A DNA stretch of 64,000 bases from a virus (lineage: Duplodnaviria; Caudoviricetes): positions 58,116-122,115 of IMG/VR virus record IMGVR_UViG_3300025934_000014; one strand, 5' to 3'. Under the pieces are notes generated by a model. The model saw only the letters and a list, made by a program, of their open reading frames with translations. It did no database searches and had not been told where the DNA came from. Shown one piece after another: positions 20,636 to 28,203 of the stretch; within the stretch, counting starts at the first letter, position 1; each line of letters begins with the position of its first letter. The translations under genes were made by a program, and so were the position numbers.

Positions 20636-20667
20636 TCTATTACGACGACGAAGGCGGAGACGACGGA

Positions 20668-21282
20668 ATGACAACAGCAACAGCAATTGGGCCAGTCACG
20701 AACGGTGCGCTGGCGACTCTCAAGTTTGAACTCCCATACGTGGCGAGCGTGAGACTGGTCGGCGTGGCCGACATCCTGTTCCACCGGTGGAACGTGGAAG
20801 GGGTTGCATCGAAGGCGCTCGCGAAGAAGGGATCGGCAGCGAAGAAGACCGACGACATCGAGAGCTATGTCTATCGCAACGACGCCGAGGAAATCTGCAT
20901 CCCCGGTGAGTACGTGCGGCAGGCGATCATCAACGCGGCGAAGTACCGTCCGGACCCGCGCAGCCCTCGCAAGTCTGCGATGGACCTGTTCAAGGCAGGC
21001 GTCGTCTCACTCACGGACCTCGCCTCGACGGGCGTCACGAAGTGGGACTTTGAAGACAAGCGGCGCGTGCAGGTTCAGCGTGCAGGTATCACGCGTGTGC
21101 GTCCGGCGCTGAAGCAGGGGTGGGCGATTCAGGTCGAACTGCTGGTGAATCTGCCGGAGTACATCGCGCCTGCGGATCTGCTTGAAGTGATCGTCAACGC
21201 GGGTCGCCTGATCGGACTGGGCGACTTCCGGCCGACGTACGGTCGGTTCTCAGTCGTCAGTTTCGAGTGCCTTCAGGGCTGA
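20668..21282 (+). CDS. stand-alone RAMP/Cas7-like RNA-binding protein
   Basis: N-terminal strand VRLVGVADILFH, YRND..EICIPGEYVRQAI helix motif, TRVRP...W, and C-terminal Gly-rich loop GRLIGLGDFRPTYGRF; GGAGACGACGGA-ATG start. Confidence 0.8.
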   Translation: MTTATAIGPVTNGALATLKFELPYVASVRLVGVADILFHRWNVEGVASKALAKKGSAAKKTDDIESYVYRNDAEEICIPGEYVRQAIINAAKYRPDPRSPRKSAMDLFKAGVVSLTDLASTGVTKWDFEDKRRVQVQRAGITRVRPALKQGWAIQVELLVNLPEYIAPADLLEVIVNAGRLIGLGDFRPTYGRFSVVSFECLQG

Positions 21283-21900
21283 GTGCGGTGGGCCTTGGTC
21301 GGGTTTGGCGGGGCGAGGCATGGTTTGGCTCGCTCTGGTCAGGCTGGGCAAGGCGAGGCGAGGTCGGGTGAGATACGGCTTGGTGCGGCCTGCCTTGGCG
21401 AGGTCGGGCGTGGCGAGGTCCGGTGGGGTTGTGTCTGTCCGGGTGTGGCGAGGCGTGGCGTGGCACGGTCAGGCACGGTGAGGCACGGTCTGGCTGGGCG
21501 AGGTTAGGCGAGGCCGGGCGCGGTTCGGTATGGCGCGGCAGGCTCTACGGCGCGGTGCTTCAGGCACGGCGCGGCAGGTTCTGCCGTGAGGTCTGGTTGG
21601 GCGGGGTTCGGCGTGGCGAGGCTGGCTACGGCCCGGTCAGGCGCGGTGCGGTTTGGTCAGGCATTGGCGCGGCACGGCAAGGTCAGGTTAGGTCGGGTTT
21701 GGCGAGGCATGGCTGGGGCGTGGCAGGGCGTGGCATTGGCGAGGCGTGATGTTGGTCGGGCTTGGTGAGGCAAGGTCCGGTTTGCCAAGGTCAGGCGTCG
21801 GTCGGGTTTGGTAGTGTCAGGCTAGGCAAGGCAGCGGCTTGGCGCGGCGCGGCTCGCTACGGCGTGGATTGGTTTGCCCCGGCGCGGTATGGCGTGGTCT
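21277..21900 (+). repeat. GGY-NN pentamer array 2 (about 115-120 units in two blocks), candidate guide ncRNA
   Basis: 53 in-register pentamers 21277-21541, hairpin-containing break 21542-21589, 61 pentamers with six 1-nt insertions 21590-21900. Confidence 0.9.
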
Positions 21901-21928
21901 TGACATCGCCGTCGATTGGCATTACCAT
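21900..21928 (+). promoter_or_regulatory. sigma70-type phage promoter
   Basis: TTGACA-17-TACCAT. Confidence 0.75.
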
Positions 21929-21966
21929 TGGACGGTAAGGTCAATTCGGAGACGACGGAGGCGACG

Positions 21967-22209
21967 ATGAACGCAGAGATTCCTACCCCTGAACAGGTCG
22001 CAGCGGATGCACGACAGGTCGTGCTCGCGGATGTCTATACCGGGCTTCGCATGGGCGGCTACACCTTCATTAGCGCATTGAAGGCGTTGCGCATCCTCGG
22101 CCTCTCGCTGGCCGAAGCGAAGGCCGTCGCGGACCAGTGCGATGCCCAGCGCGTGGCGATGCAGCAGTTGGCCGTGCTCGAACACTTCCAGTCTGCGGTG
22201 GCGCATTGA
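21967..22209 (+). CDS. hypothetical protein
   Basis: GGAGGCGACG-ATG start downstream of promoter. Confidence 0.6.
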   Translation: MNAEIPTPEQVAADARQVVLADVYTGLRMGGYTFISALKALRILGLSLAEAKAVADQCDAQRVAMQQLAVLEHFQSAVAH

Positions 22210-22210
22210 G

Positions 22211-22435
22211 ATGGGCTTCTCCCTGCGCCAAGCCTTGGGTCCGCTCGTCGCGGACGCGCTGAAGCCGCAACACAATTGCCCGACGGGCAAGACGCCGCTG
22301 CCGACAAAGGCTGCGGCCGACCGGGAACTGCGTCGGATCAACGCGACCCTGCATATGAAGATGCACCGGTTCCGCTGTGGCTACTGCGACCAGTACCACC
22401 TCGGGCACGCGCGAGGGCGCAAAGGGGACCGATAA
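22211..22435 (+). CDS. small zinc-binding protein
   Basis: CPTGK...FRCGYCDQYHLGH. Confidence 0.55.
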   Translation: MGFSLRQALGPLVADALKPQHNCPTGKTPLPTKAAADRELRRINATLHMKMHRFRCGYCDQYHLGHARGRKGDR

Positions 22436-22467
22436 CTGGCCCTATGAGCGCCGTCATCAGATGGGGC

Positions 22468-22496
22468 TTGACTTCAGGGAACAGTGCGATTACCAT
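22468..22496 (+). promoter_or_regulatory. sigma70-type phage promoter
   Basis: TTGACT-17-TACCAT with GGGAACAGTG in spacer. Confidence 0.75.
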
Positions 22497-22566
22497 TAGA
22501 GGGTAGTTGATTGGACAGGTCGCCTGACGGGCGGCTAAGACGAGAACCGGATAAGAGGAGACGACG

Positions 22567-24129
22567 ATGGTCAAGAAAGCGGCGGCGGAGACGGCGGCAG
22601 CGGTGCCCTCCACGAGCGATTCCCAGATGGTGCAGTCCTTCAAGGCGGCACGTCGGGTATCGACTCCCATCATTGCAATCGAAACGCCCGATGCGGCGGC
22701 GACGATCACCGCGCTGCGCAAGGCGCTGCCGGATTCCAAAACGCCGATCCTCTCGTGGGATTGCGCGAAGGGACTCTACGGGATGAACGATCCCGGCAAG
22801 ACGGCGTTCGCGGTCCTCGGCGTGGATCCCGCGATGACGGTCAACGCGACCGAAACGCTCCTCGCGTGCGAACGCCTGCCGGAGTTGTCGGTGGTGTTCT
22901 TCCACAACTTCCAGCGCCAGATCAACGAGACGCCGACGATGCAGGCGCTGTGGAACCTGCGCGACCAGTTCAAGATGAACAAGCGCACGGTCGTCCTCCT
23001 CGGCCCGACGTTTCAGCTTCCGGCGGAACTGGCCGGTGACGTGATCACGCTGGACGAGCCGTTGCCGACGCGCGACGAACTCGGCGCGATTCTCGACCAG
23101 CAGCATAAGAACGCCGCGCTGGCGGTACCCGAAGACGAGACGCGCACGGCCGCGCTCGATGCCATCGTCGGACTTCCCGCCTACACGGCCGAACAGGTCA
23201 CGGCGATGGCGCTGACGAAGGACGGCATCAACGTCGGCAAGTGCTGGGAGCGCAAGATCAAGGCGATCCAGAACACCGATGGGCTGCGCGTGTGGTCGGC
23301 GCGTCCGGGCGAAACGACGCTCGATGAACTGCGCGGGATCGATAACGTGGTCGAGTTCTTCCGCCGCCTGATTGCGGCCGACGCGTTCGGCGCGATTGTG
23401 TTCATTGACGAAATGGACAAGGCGCTCGCCGGAGGCATGAGCGAACACACGGGCGACAGCGGCGTGAGCAAGGATCAGGTCGGCACGCTCCTCAGCTACA
23501 TCGAAGACACCGGCTCGCTGGGCGTGATGCTCGCGGGTGTCGCTGGCACGGGCAAGACGCAGTTGGTGAAGGCGGCAGGCGCGGAGAGCGGCAAGCCGGT
23601 CATCATCCTCGACCTCGGCGGCATGAAGGGCGGCGTGGTCGGAGAGAGCGAGCGCCATATTCGCGCCGCGCTGAAGGTCGTCACGGCCACCGCCGAGGGC
23701 CGCGTCCTGTTCGTCGGCACCGCGAACCGCACGACGCTGTTCACGCCGGAGATGAACCGCCGGTTCCCGGACCAGTTCTTTTACGACACGCCGGACGACG
23801 CCGGGCGCAAGGCCATCTGGCCCGTCTACATCGCGAAGAACGGCCTCACGTCGTCGCAGGCCGCGATTCCCGCCGGGTTCGATGCCGGGTGGACCGGAGC
23901 CGAGATCAAGCGTGCGTGCGAACGGGCGGCGCTGTTCGGCACCACGGTGGTGGAGGCGGCACGGTTCATCATCCCGCAGTCCATCAGCGGCAAGAAGGTC
24001 ATCGACGGCTTGCGCCGCGAGGCCGCAGGGCGCTTCCTCTCGGCCAGCCAGCCGGGCCTCTACGAACTGCCGGAGGCTCCGGCCGTTCCCCAAGTGGTCG
24101 TGGCGAACCGCTCCATCGAGGTGAACTAG
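22567..24129 (+). CDS. Ycf46-like AAA+ ATPase with permuted Walker motif order
   Basis: IVFIDEMDK (Walker B), GVAGTGKT (Walker A), VGESER pore loop, GTAN sensor 1, RRFPDQFF Arg finger, GWTGAEI. Confidence 0.85.
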   Translation: MVKKAAAETAAAVPSTSDSQMVQSFKAARRVSTPIIAIETPDAAATITALRKALPDSKTPILSWDCAKGLYGMNDPGKTAFAVLGVDPAMTVNATETLLACERLPELSVVFFHNFQRQINETPTMQALWNLRDQFKMNKRTVVLLGPTFQLPAELAGDVITLDEPLPTRDELGAILDQQHKNAALAVPEDETRTAALDAIVGLPAYTAEQVTAMALTKDGINVGKCWERKIKAIQNTDGLRVWSARPGETTLDELRGIDNVVEFFRRLIAADAFGAIVFIDEMDKALAGGMSEHTGDSGVSKDQVGTLLSYIEDTGSLGVMLAGVAGTGKTQLVKAAGAESGKPVIILDLGGMKGGVVGESERHIRAALKVVTATAEGRVLFVGTANRTTLFTPEMNRRFPDQFFYDTPDDAGRKAIWPVYIAKNGLTSSQAAIPAGFDAGWTGAEIKRACERAALFGTTVVEAARFIIPQSISGKKVIDGLRREAAGRFLSASQPGLYELPEAPAVPQVVVANRSIEVN

Positions 24130-24131
24130 CG

Positions 24132-24602
24132 ATGGCGGCGACGACGATGGTCTGGACGGACTACGCGATTCTGGAGCCGTCCAAGCCGACCTACGACAAG
24201 CACGGGAAGCCGGTGCGCTGGAAGGTGCAACGGAACGAGGAGGGGACGTGGCGCTGCCACTGCCCCGCCTACATCTTCAGCAAGGGCGTGAAGACGTGCA
24301 AACACATCCGCCGGTGCATCGATCAGCAAGTCAAGGAGCAGACCATCGCCACGCCGGTCGCGGTCGCTCCGGCGAAGTCGCCGCACCGCATCGAGGCGGA
24401 GAAGGTGTTCGACGCGATGTGCGCAGCAGCCACCCAGAAGGCGCACGTGAACGTCAAGGCGCAGATCGGTGCCTCGGGCGGGGCGGCGATGGTGGACGTG
24501 CTGATGGCACGACTGGCGACGTGGATGCCGCCAGCAGCGGTGACGGTGACGACTGAGACGACGGTGGTCGGCGTGCGCCGGATCACATTTGACGAAGATT
24601 AA
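24132..24602 (+). CDS. SWIM zinc-finger protein
   Basis: WRCHCPAYIF...TCKHI (CxC-xn-CxH). Confidence 0.7.
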   Translation: MAATTMVWTDYAILEPSKPTYDKHGKPVRWKVQRNEEGTWRCHCPAYIFSKGVKTCKHIRRCIDQQVKEQTIATPVAVAPAKSPHRIEAEKVFDAMCAAATQKAHVNVKAQIGASGGAAMVDVLMARLATWMPPAAVTVTTETTVVGVRRITFDED

Positions 24603-25020
24603 TCGCATCTGGTCGAAGGTCGAGAAGACCGATGCGTGCTGGCTTTGGACTGGTGGCAAGGCCGGTGGCGGTTCACCCGGCGAGTACGGGCAGACGTTCT
24701 ACCAAGGTCGCCCGATGCTGGCGCACGTTGCCATTGATTTGATCGTCAACGGCCCGTTACCGGAGGGGATGGAGCGTCACCACGAATGCCAGAACAAGCT
24801 GTGCGTTCGGCCAGCGGCGGGTCACGTCGTCAGGGTGACGAAGGCTGAACACCGACGATTGACGGCACTGGAGAAGACAACGTGCGTGCATGGGCATCCG
24901 TACACGCCGGGCAATGTGTGGGTGGCTCCGAACGGACGACGCCGCTGTCGCATTTGCCTAAATCTGAAAGAGCGTTCACGCGAGTGGCGCAGGAAACACA
25001 GAAAAACAATCAATCGATAA
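24589..25020 (+). CDS. HNH homing endonuclease-like protein
   Basis: WSKV..CWLWTG..YG..AH..HHEC.NKLCVRP..H; C-terminal CVHGH..CRIC. Confidence 0.75.
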   Translation: MTKINRIWSKVEKTDACWLWTGGKAGGGSPGEYGQTFYQGRPMLAHVAIDLIVNGPLPEGMERHHECQNKLCVRPAAGHVVRVTKAEHRRLTALEKTTCVHGHPYTPGNVWVAPNGRRRCRICLNLKERSREWRRKHRKTINR

Positions 25021-25034
25021 GCGAGGGTAACGAC

Positions 25035-25445
25035 GTGTTGAACAAGGTGATGTTGATCGGGAATCTCGGGCGCGATGCCGAACTGAAGTACACGCCGGGC
25101 GGCGAGGCCGTGGCCTCCGTGTCGCTGGCGACCAACAGCGTGTGGTTCGATAAGAACAACCAGAAGCAGGAGCGGGTCGAGTGGCACCGCGTGATCATCT
25201 GGGGGAAGATGGCCGAGTCGCTCGCCCAGTATCTGGTGAAGGGCAAGCAGATTTACGTCGAGGGCAATCTCCAGACGCGCGAGTGGACCGACAAAGACAA
25301 CGTCAAGCGGTACACGACCGAGGTCCGGTCCTACCAGATCAAGCTCCTCGGCGGCATGGGCAAGGGCGGCGGCGTGCCGCACCCGGCGGATACCGAGGGC
25401 GGATCGAACGACCAGCCGGTGGACGATTCGGACATCCCGTTCTGA
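25035..25445 (+). CDS. ssb: single-stranded DNA-binding protein
   Basis: LNKVMLIGNLGRDAEL, EWHRV, KGKQIYVEG, C-terminal DIPF. Confidence 0.95.
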   Translation: MLNKVMLIGNLGRDAELKYTPGGEAVASVSLATNSVWFDKNNQKQERVEWHRVIIWGKMAESLAQYLVKGKQIYVEGNLQTREWTDKDNVKRYTTEVRSYQIKLLGGMGKGGGVPHPADTEGGSNDQPVDDSDIPF

Positions 25446-25464
25446 TGATGTTACCATTGGCGTC

Positions 25465-25941
25465 ATGCGGATCGACCTGACGCCGGTGGGACCACGCGAG
25501 TGCGGACCCTGTAGTCTCTGCTGCAAGGTCATGGCGATCAAGGAACTGGCGAAACCAGCGAATGTCTGGTGCGGCCATGCGAAGAAGGGCCGGGGCTGCG
25601 ACACGTACGCAACCCGGCCCGACTCGTGTCGCGGGTTCTCGTGCCTCTGGCTGGCCTCGACCATTGCGCCGCTGGCGCTGCGGCCGGACAAGATTCACGG
25701 CGTGCTGGTGTCCACGCCGGACGGGCACCACATCGTGCTGCACGAGGATCCCGGTTATCCGGGGGTCGCGCACGCGGCGGCGCGGGACATCCTGACGAAG
25801 TGGATTGCCGACGGGACGCGCTACTACGTGGTGGCCTGCGGGACGACGCGGCGGTTCTATGGCAATCACCAGTTGTTGCCCGTCGCGACCGCGATGATGA
25901 ACGAGGTGGCCGAGGACGTGCCACCCTTCACGGTACCGTGA
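25465..25941 (+). CDS. CxxCxxCC (YkgJ-like) zinc/Fe-S protein
   Basis: CGPCSLCCK...C.H...C..Y..RP..C..F.CLW. Confidence 0.7.
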   Translation: MRIDLTPVGPRECGPCSLCCKVMAIKELAKPANVWCGHAKKGRGCDTYATRPDSCRGFSCLWLASTIAPLALRPDKIHGVLVSTPDGHHIVLHEDPGYPGVAHAAARDILTKWIADGTRYYVVACGTTRRFYGNHQLLPVATAMMNEVAEDVPPFTVP

Positions 25942-25942
25942 A
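25927..25942. repeat. 16-bp palindrome copy 1 TTCACGGTACCGTGAA
   Basis: Perfect palindrome overlapping a stop codon. Confidence 0.85.
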
Positions 25943-25959
25943 GAACGGAGACGACGACG

Positions 25960-26205
25960 ATGATTGACCAGCCGATGTTTTTCGACCCGTCCGGGCACCC
26001 GAAGCCCCGGAAGCATGGCCCCAAGGTGTACAAGGACGGGCCGAAGCCGACGGGCGCGGCGCGGCTCCAGCAACAGGTGAACGCGCTGCTCCAGAAGGCG
26101 TCCCGGTTGGAGCGCAAGCGCGATGCGGACGAGGCGTATGCGCGTGACCTCGGGGCTGTGCTCAAGGTGTTCGTGGCTTCGCACCCGCGCGTGAGCGAAC
26201 CGTGA
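25960..26205 (+). CDS. hypothetical protein
   Basis: GGAGACGACGACG-ATG start. Confidence 0.6.
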   Translation: MIDQPMFFDPSGHPKPRKHGPKVYKDGPKPTGAARLQQQVNALLQKASRLERKRDADEAYARDLGAVLKVFVASHPRVSEP

Positions 26206-26615
26206 CCGTGCTGATGCCGACGCACTCCTGCTTTGACGACAGCCTGTCTTACATCTCCGATGCCGTACTGGAGAACAAGGCTGAGGCTATCGAGCATTTA
26301 CGACTGGTGCATGGCATCTGCCTCGCGGCCGAGGGGCCGGAGAAGGATCGCCCGTTCGCCCACGCATGGATCGAGCAGGACCGGCGCGTGGTGATTCAGG
26401 CCGCGCTCCTCGATGGCGAGAAGATTTGGTTCGGCTGTCTGCGCAAGGAGTTCTACCAGAAGATGCGCGTGCAAGTCTCGACCGTCTACACCGTCGAGGA
26501 AGCCGTGCAGAAGAACTGGGAGTTCGGCACCTACGGCCCGTGGGACACGGCGTACCGTGCGCTCTGCGCTCACGGGTCGCGCGTGGTGTTCCGGGCGGAG
26601 GAGCCACCCGCATGA
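26202..26615 (+). CDS. conserved phage hypothetical protein
   Basis: LVHG...FAHAWIE...YGPW motif; coupled start. Confidence 0.6.
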   Translation: MTVLMPTHSCFDDSLSYISDAVLENKAEAIEHLRLVHGICLAAEGPEKDRPFAHAWIEQDRRVVIQAALLDGEKIWFGCLRKEFYQKMRVQVSTVYTVEEAVQKNWEFGTYGPWDTAYRALCAHGSRVVFRAEEPPA

Positions 26616-26848
26616 AGACGTTCCTGCGCTACTGGGTCGGGATGCTGCTGCTGTCGGCGCTGCTGGTGCCGATGATGCTCGCGGTCTGGGGCGTGTCGGC
26701 CGTGATCGATCACTTCACGAAGAATCTCGTCGTCGGCTTCGCCGCGCTGTTCGTCGTGACGAGCCTGCTGGTTGCCGGGTGGATGACCGCGCTGTTCTCC
26801 TCGCGCGGCAAGTGGGTCGTCACCGCCCTTGGCCGGTGGATGCAGTGA
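26612..26848 (+). CDS. membrane protein (2 TM)
   Basis: Two hydrophobic stretches; GGAGGAG RBS; ATGA overlap. Confidence 0.6.
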   Translation: MKTFLRYWVGMLLLSALLVPMMLAVWGVSAVIDHFTKNLVVGFAALFVVTSLLVAGWMTALFSSRGKWVVTALGRWMQ

Positions 26849-27018
26849 TCGAGCGATTGATGGTTGGCGCGGTCGGCGTGTGTCTCGGAGCGGCGTTCGC
26901 GCTGCATCCGATGACGCGACCGATCCTGACGGATCCCCGCGCCACGGTGCGGGTGCTGGTGGCAGTCGCGGTGCTCTTTCTGATCGCCGCGCTGTTGATG
27001 TGAACGAAGGGAGAACAG

Positions 27019-27315
27019 ATGGCCGCAGTGAAGCGACGGAGCATCGTAGAGTTCGAGAAGTGGCTCGACAAAGAGATCGCACAGGTTGAGACTTCGCTCG
27101 TGAGTCTGAACGCCGAGGCCACGGAACTGGCCCGGCAGCGAGCCGAGTACGACGTGCAACTGGCAACCCTCAAGAGCGTGAAGGTGAAGCTCGCGCCGGT
27201 GTCGGCCGAGGACGAGAACGGGTTCACCGGAATCCCGTCGCCGTTCACGGAGGACGGACAGCCGCCCACCGAGCCGAACCTGTTCGACACGGACGCGGAA
27301 GTAGTCCAGCAGTAA
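27019..27315 (+). CDS. coiled-coil hypothetical protein
   Basis: AAGGGAG RBS; heptad-like pattern. Confidence 0.6.
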   Translation: MAAVKRRSIVEFEKWLDKEIAQVETSLVSLNAEATELARQRAEYDVQLATLKSVKVKLAPVSAEDENGFTGIPSPFTEDGQPPTEPNLFDTDAEVVQQ

Positions 27316-27316
27316 G

Positions 27317-27505
27317 GTGGTCGTGACGATGACGGTTCACTGTCGCTCTTGTAACCACCAGTGGGAAGTCGTCATGCCGTTGCCGATGCCATTGGATCAG
27401 GCGTCACAGATCATGGTGAACACCGTGCAAGTCGGGTGTCCGAACTGCGGAGCGAATGGCCCGGACGTACTGGTTGGCCCAGCGCGTCCACGGGATAAGG
27501 AATGA
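27317..27505 (+). CDS. zinc-ribbon protein
   Basis: CRSC...CPNC. Confidence 0.5.
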   Translation: MVVTMTVHCRSCNHQWEVVMPLPMPLDQASQIMVNTVQVGCPNCGANGPDVLVGPARPRDKE

Positions 27506-27738
27506 CGTGTTGGCTCGCGTGGTGGCATCGGCGGAAACGCCAGATCGATCACGAGACGGTGTGGCTGGCGCTGCGCCACGCGGCCGACTGTCGGCATCCC
27601 ACGGACTCCGAGGCAGCGGTGCTGCTCGCCCTGCGTGGGTGGGCGACGTTCATCCAGCAGCCCGGTCAGGACCATTGGCGGTGCGCGTGCGCGGAGGCTG
27701 ACGAAAAAGCAGTCATCGCGCAGCAGCCGCCCACGTGA
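27502..27738 (+). CDS. hypothetical protein
   Basis: ATGA overlap with previous ORF. Confidence 0.45.
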   Translation: MTCWLAWWHRRKRQIDHETVWLALRHAADCRHPTDSEAAVLLALRGWATFIQQPGQDHWRCACAEADEKAVIAQQPPT

Positions 27739-27914
27739 CCATCCCGCCGAAAGTCACTGTACCCTCGTGTCGCGAGGGGGAAGTTCGGGGTCGGCGGGGC
27801 GGAGGTGTTGCCCTCGGACTTTCTATCCCGTAGCGGAGCCAGCATGTGGCGACACCAAGCGAACGGATACGAGATGCTGGCATGTCTGATGTGAGGTGGG
27901 GCGCATCGGGCACC

Positions 27915-27944
27915 TTGACTTTGATCCCGCGATGGGATTATCAT
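27915..27944 (+). promoter_or_regulatory. sigma70-type phage promoter
   Basis: TTGACT-18-TATCAT. Confidence 0.7.
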
Positions 27945-27951
27945 TGGACCT

Positions 27952-28110
27952 ATGGCTGAGACGACGACGGCGACGACGACCCCCGCGAAGAAGCATACCG
28001 AGCGCGACTGCGACGAATCCTGTGCCTGCTGTCCGCAGTGCTACGTGGCCCGAGGCATCGACATCTGCGACCGCCTGTGCGAGCACGCGGAGGAGGACGA
28101 CGATGCGTAA
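27952..28110 (+). CDS. small Cys-rich protein (52 aa), likely leaderless; not in ORF track
   Basis: MAETTTATTTPAKKHTERDCDESCACCPQCYVARGIDICDRLCEHAEEDDDA; ATG 7 nt after the -10 box. Confidence 0.55.
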   Translation: MAETTTATTTPAKKHTERDCDESCACCPQCYVARGIDICDRLCEHAEEDDDA

Positions 28111-28203
28111 GAAGATCGACTGGCTGGGCGTCCTGTTCTTTGTCTGGATTGCCGTGATGTTCGGGGCGATCTTCGCGCTCAACGCGACGGAAGGGTGGCG
28201 GCG

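Noticed and set aside
20779-20794. Palindrome GTTCCACCGGTGGAAC within the RAMP gene
   Set aside because: Single copy encoding FHRWN; differs from both parS and the six-copy palindrome.
20456-21768. Gly/Arg/Trp-rich or Pro-rich ORFs over the pentamer arrays (e.g. 20456..20671, 21283..21507, 21423..21749, 21257..21466)
   Set aside because: By-products of a 5-nt periodic G-rich sequence; no RBS, and a period of 5 with 1-nt slips does not fit codon structure.
20405-21900. Canonical CRISPR array or simple microsatellite
   Set aside because: No 23-50 bp identical repeats with spacers, and positions 4-5 are too diverse for a slippage-generated satellite. G-quadruplex formation is possible but does not explain the fixed pyrimidine at position 3 or the link to a RAMP gene.
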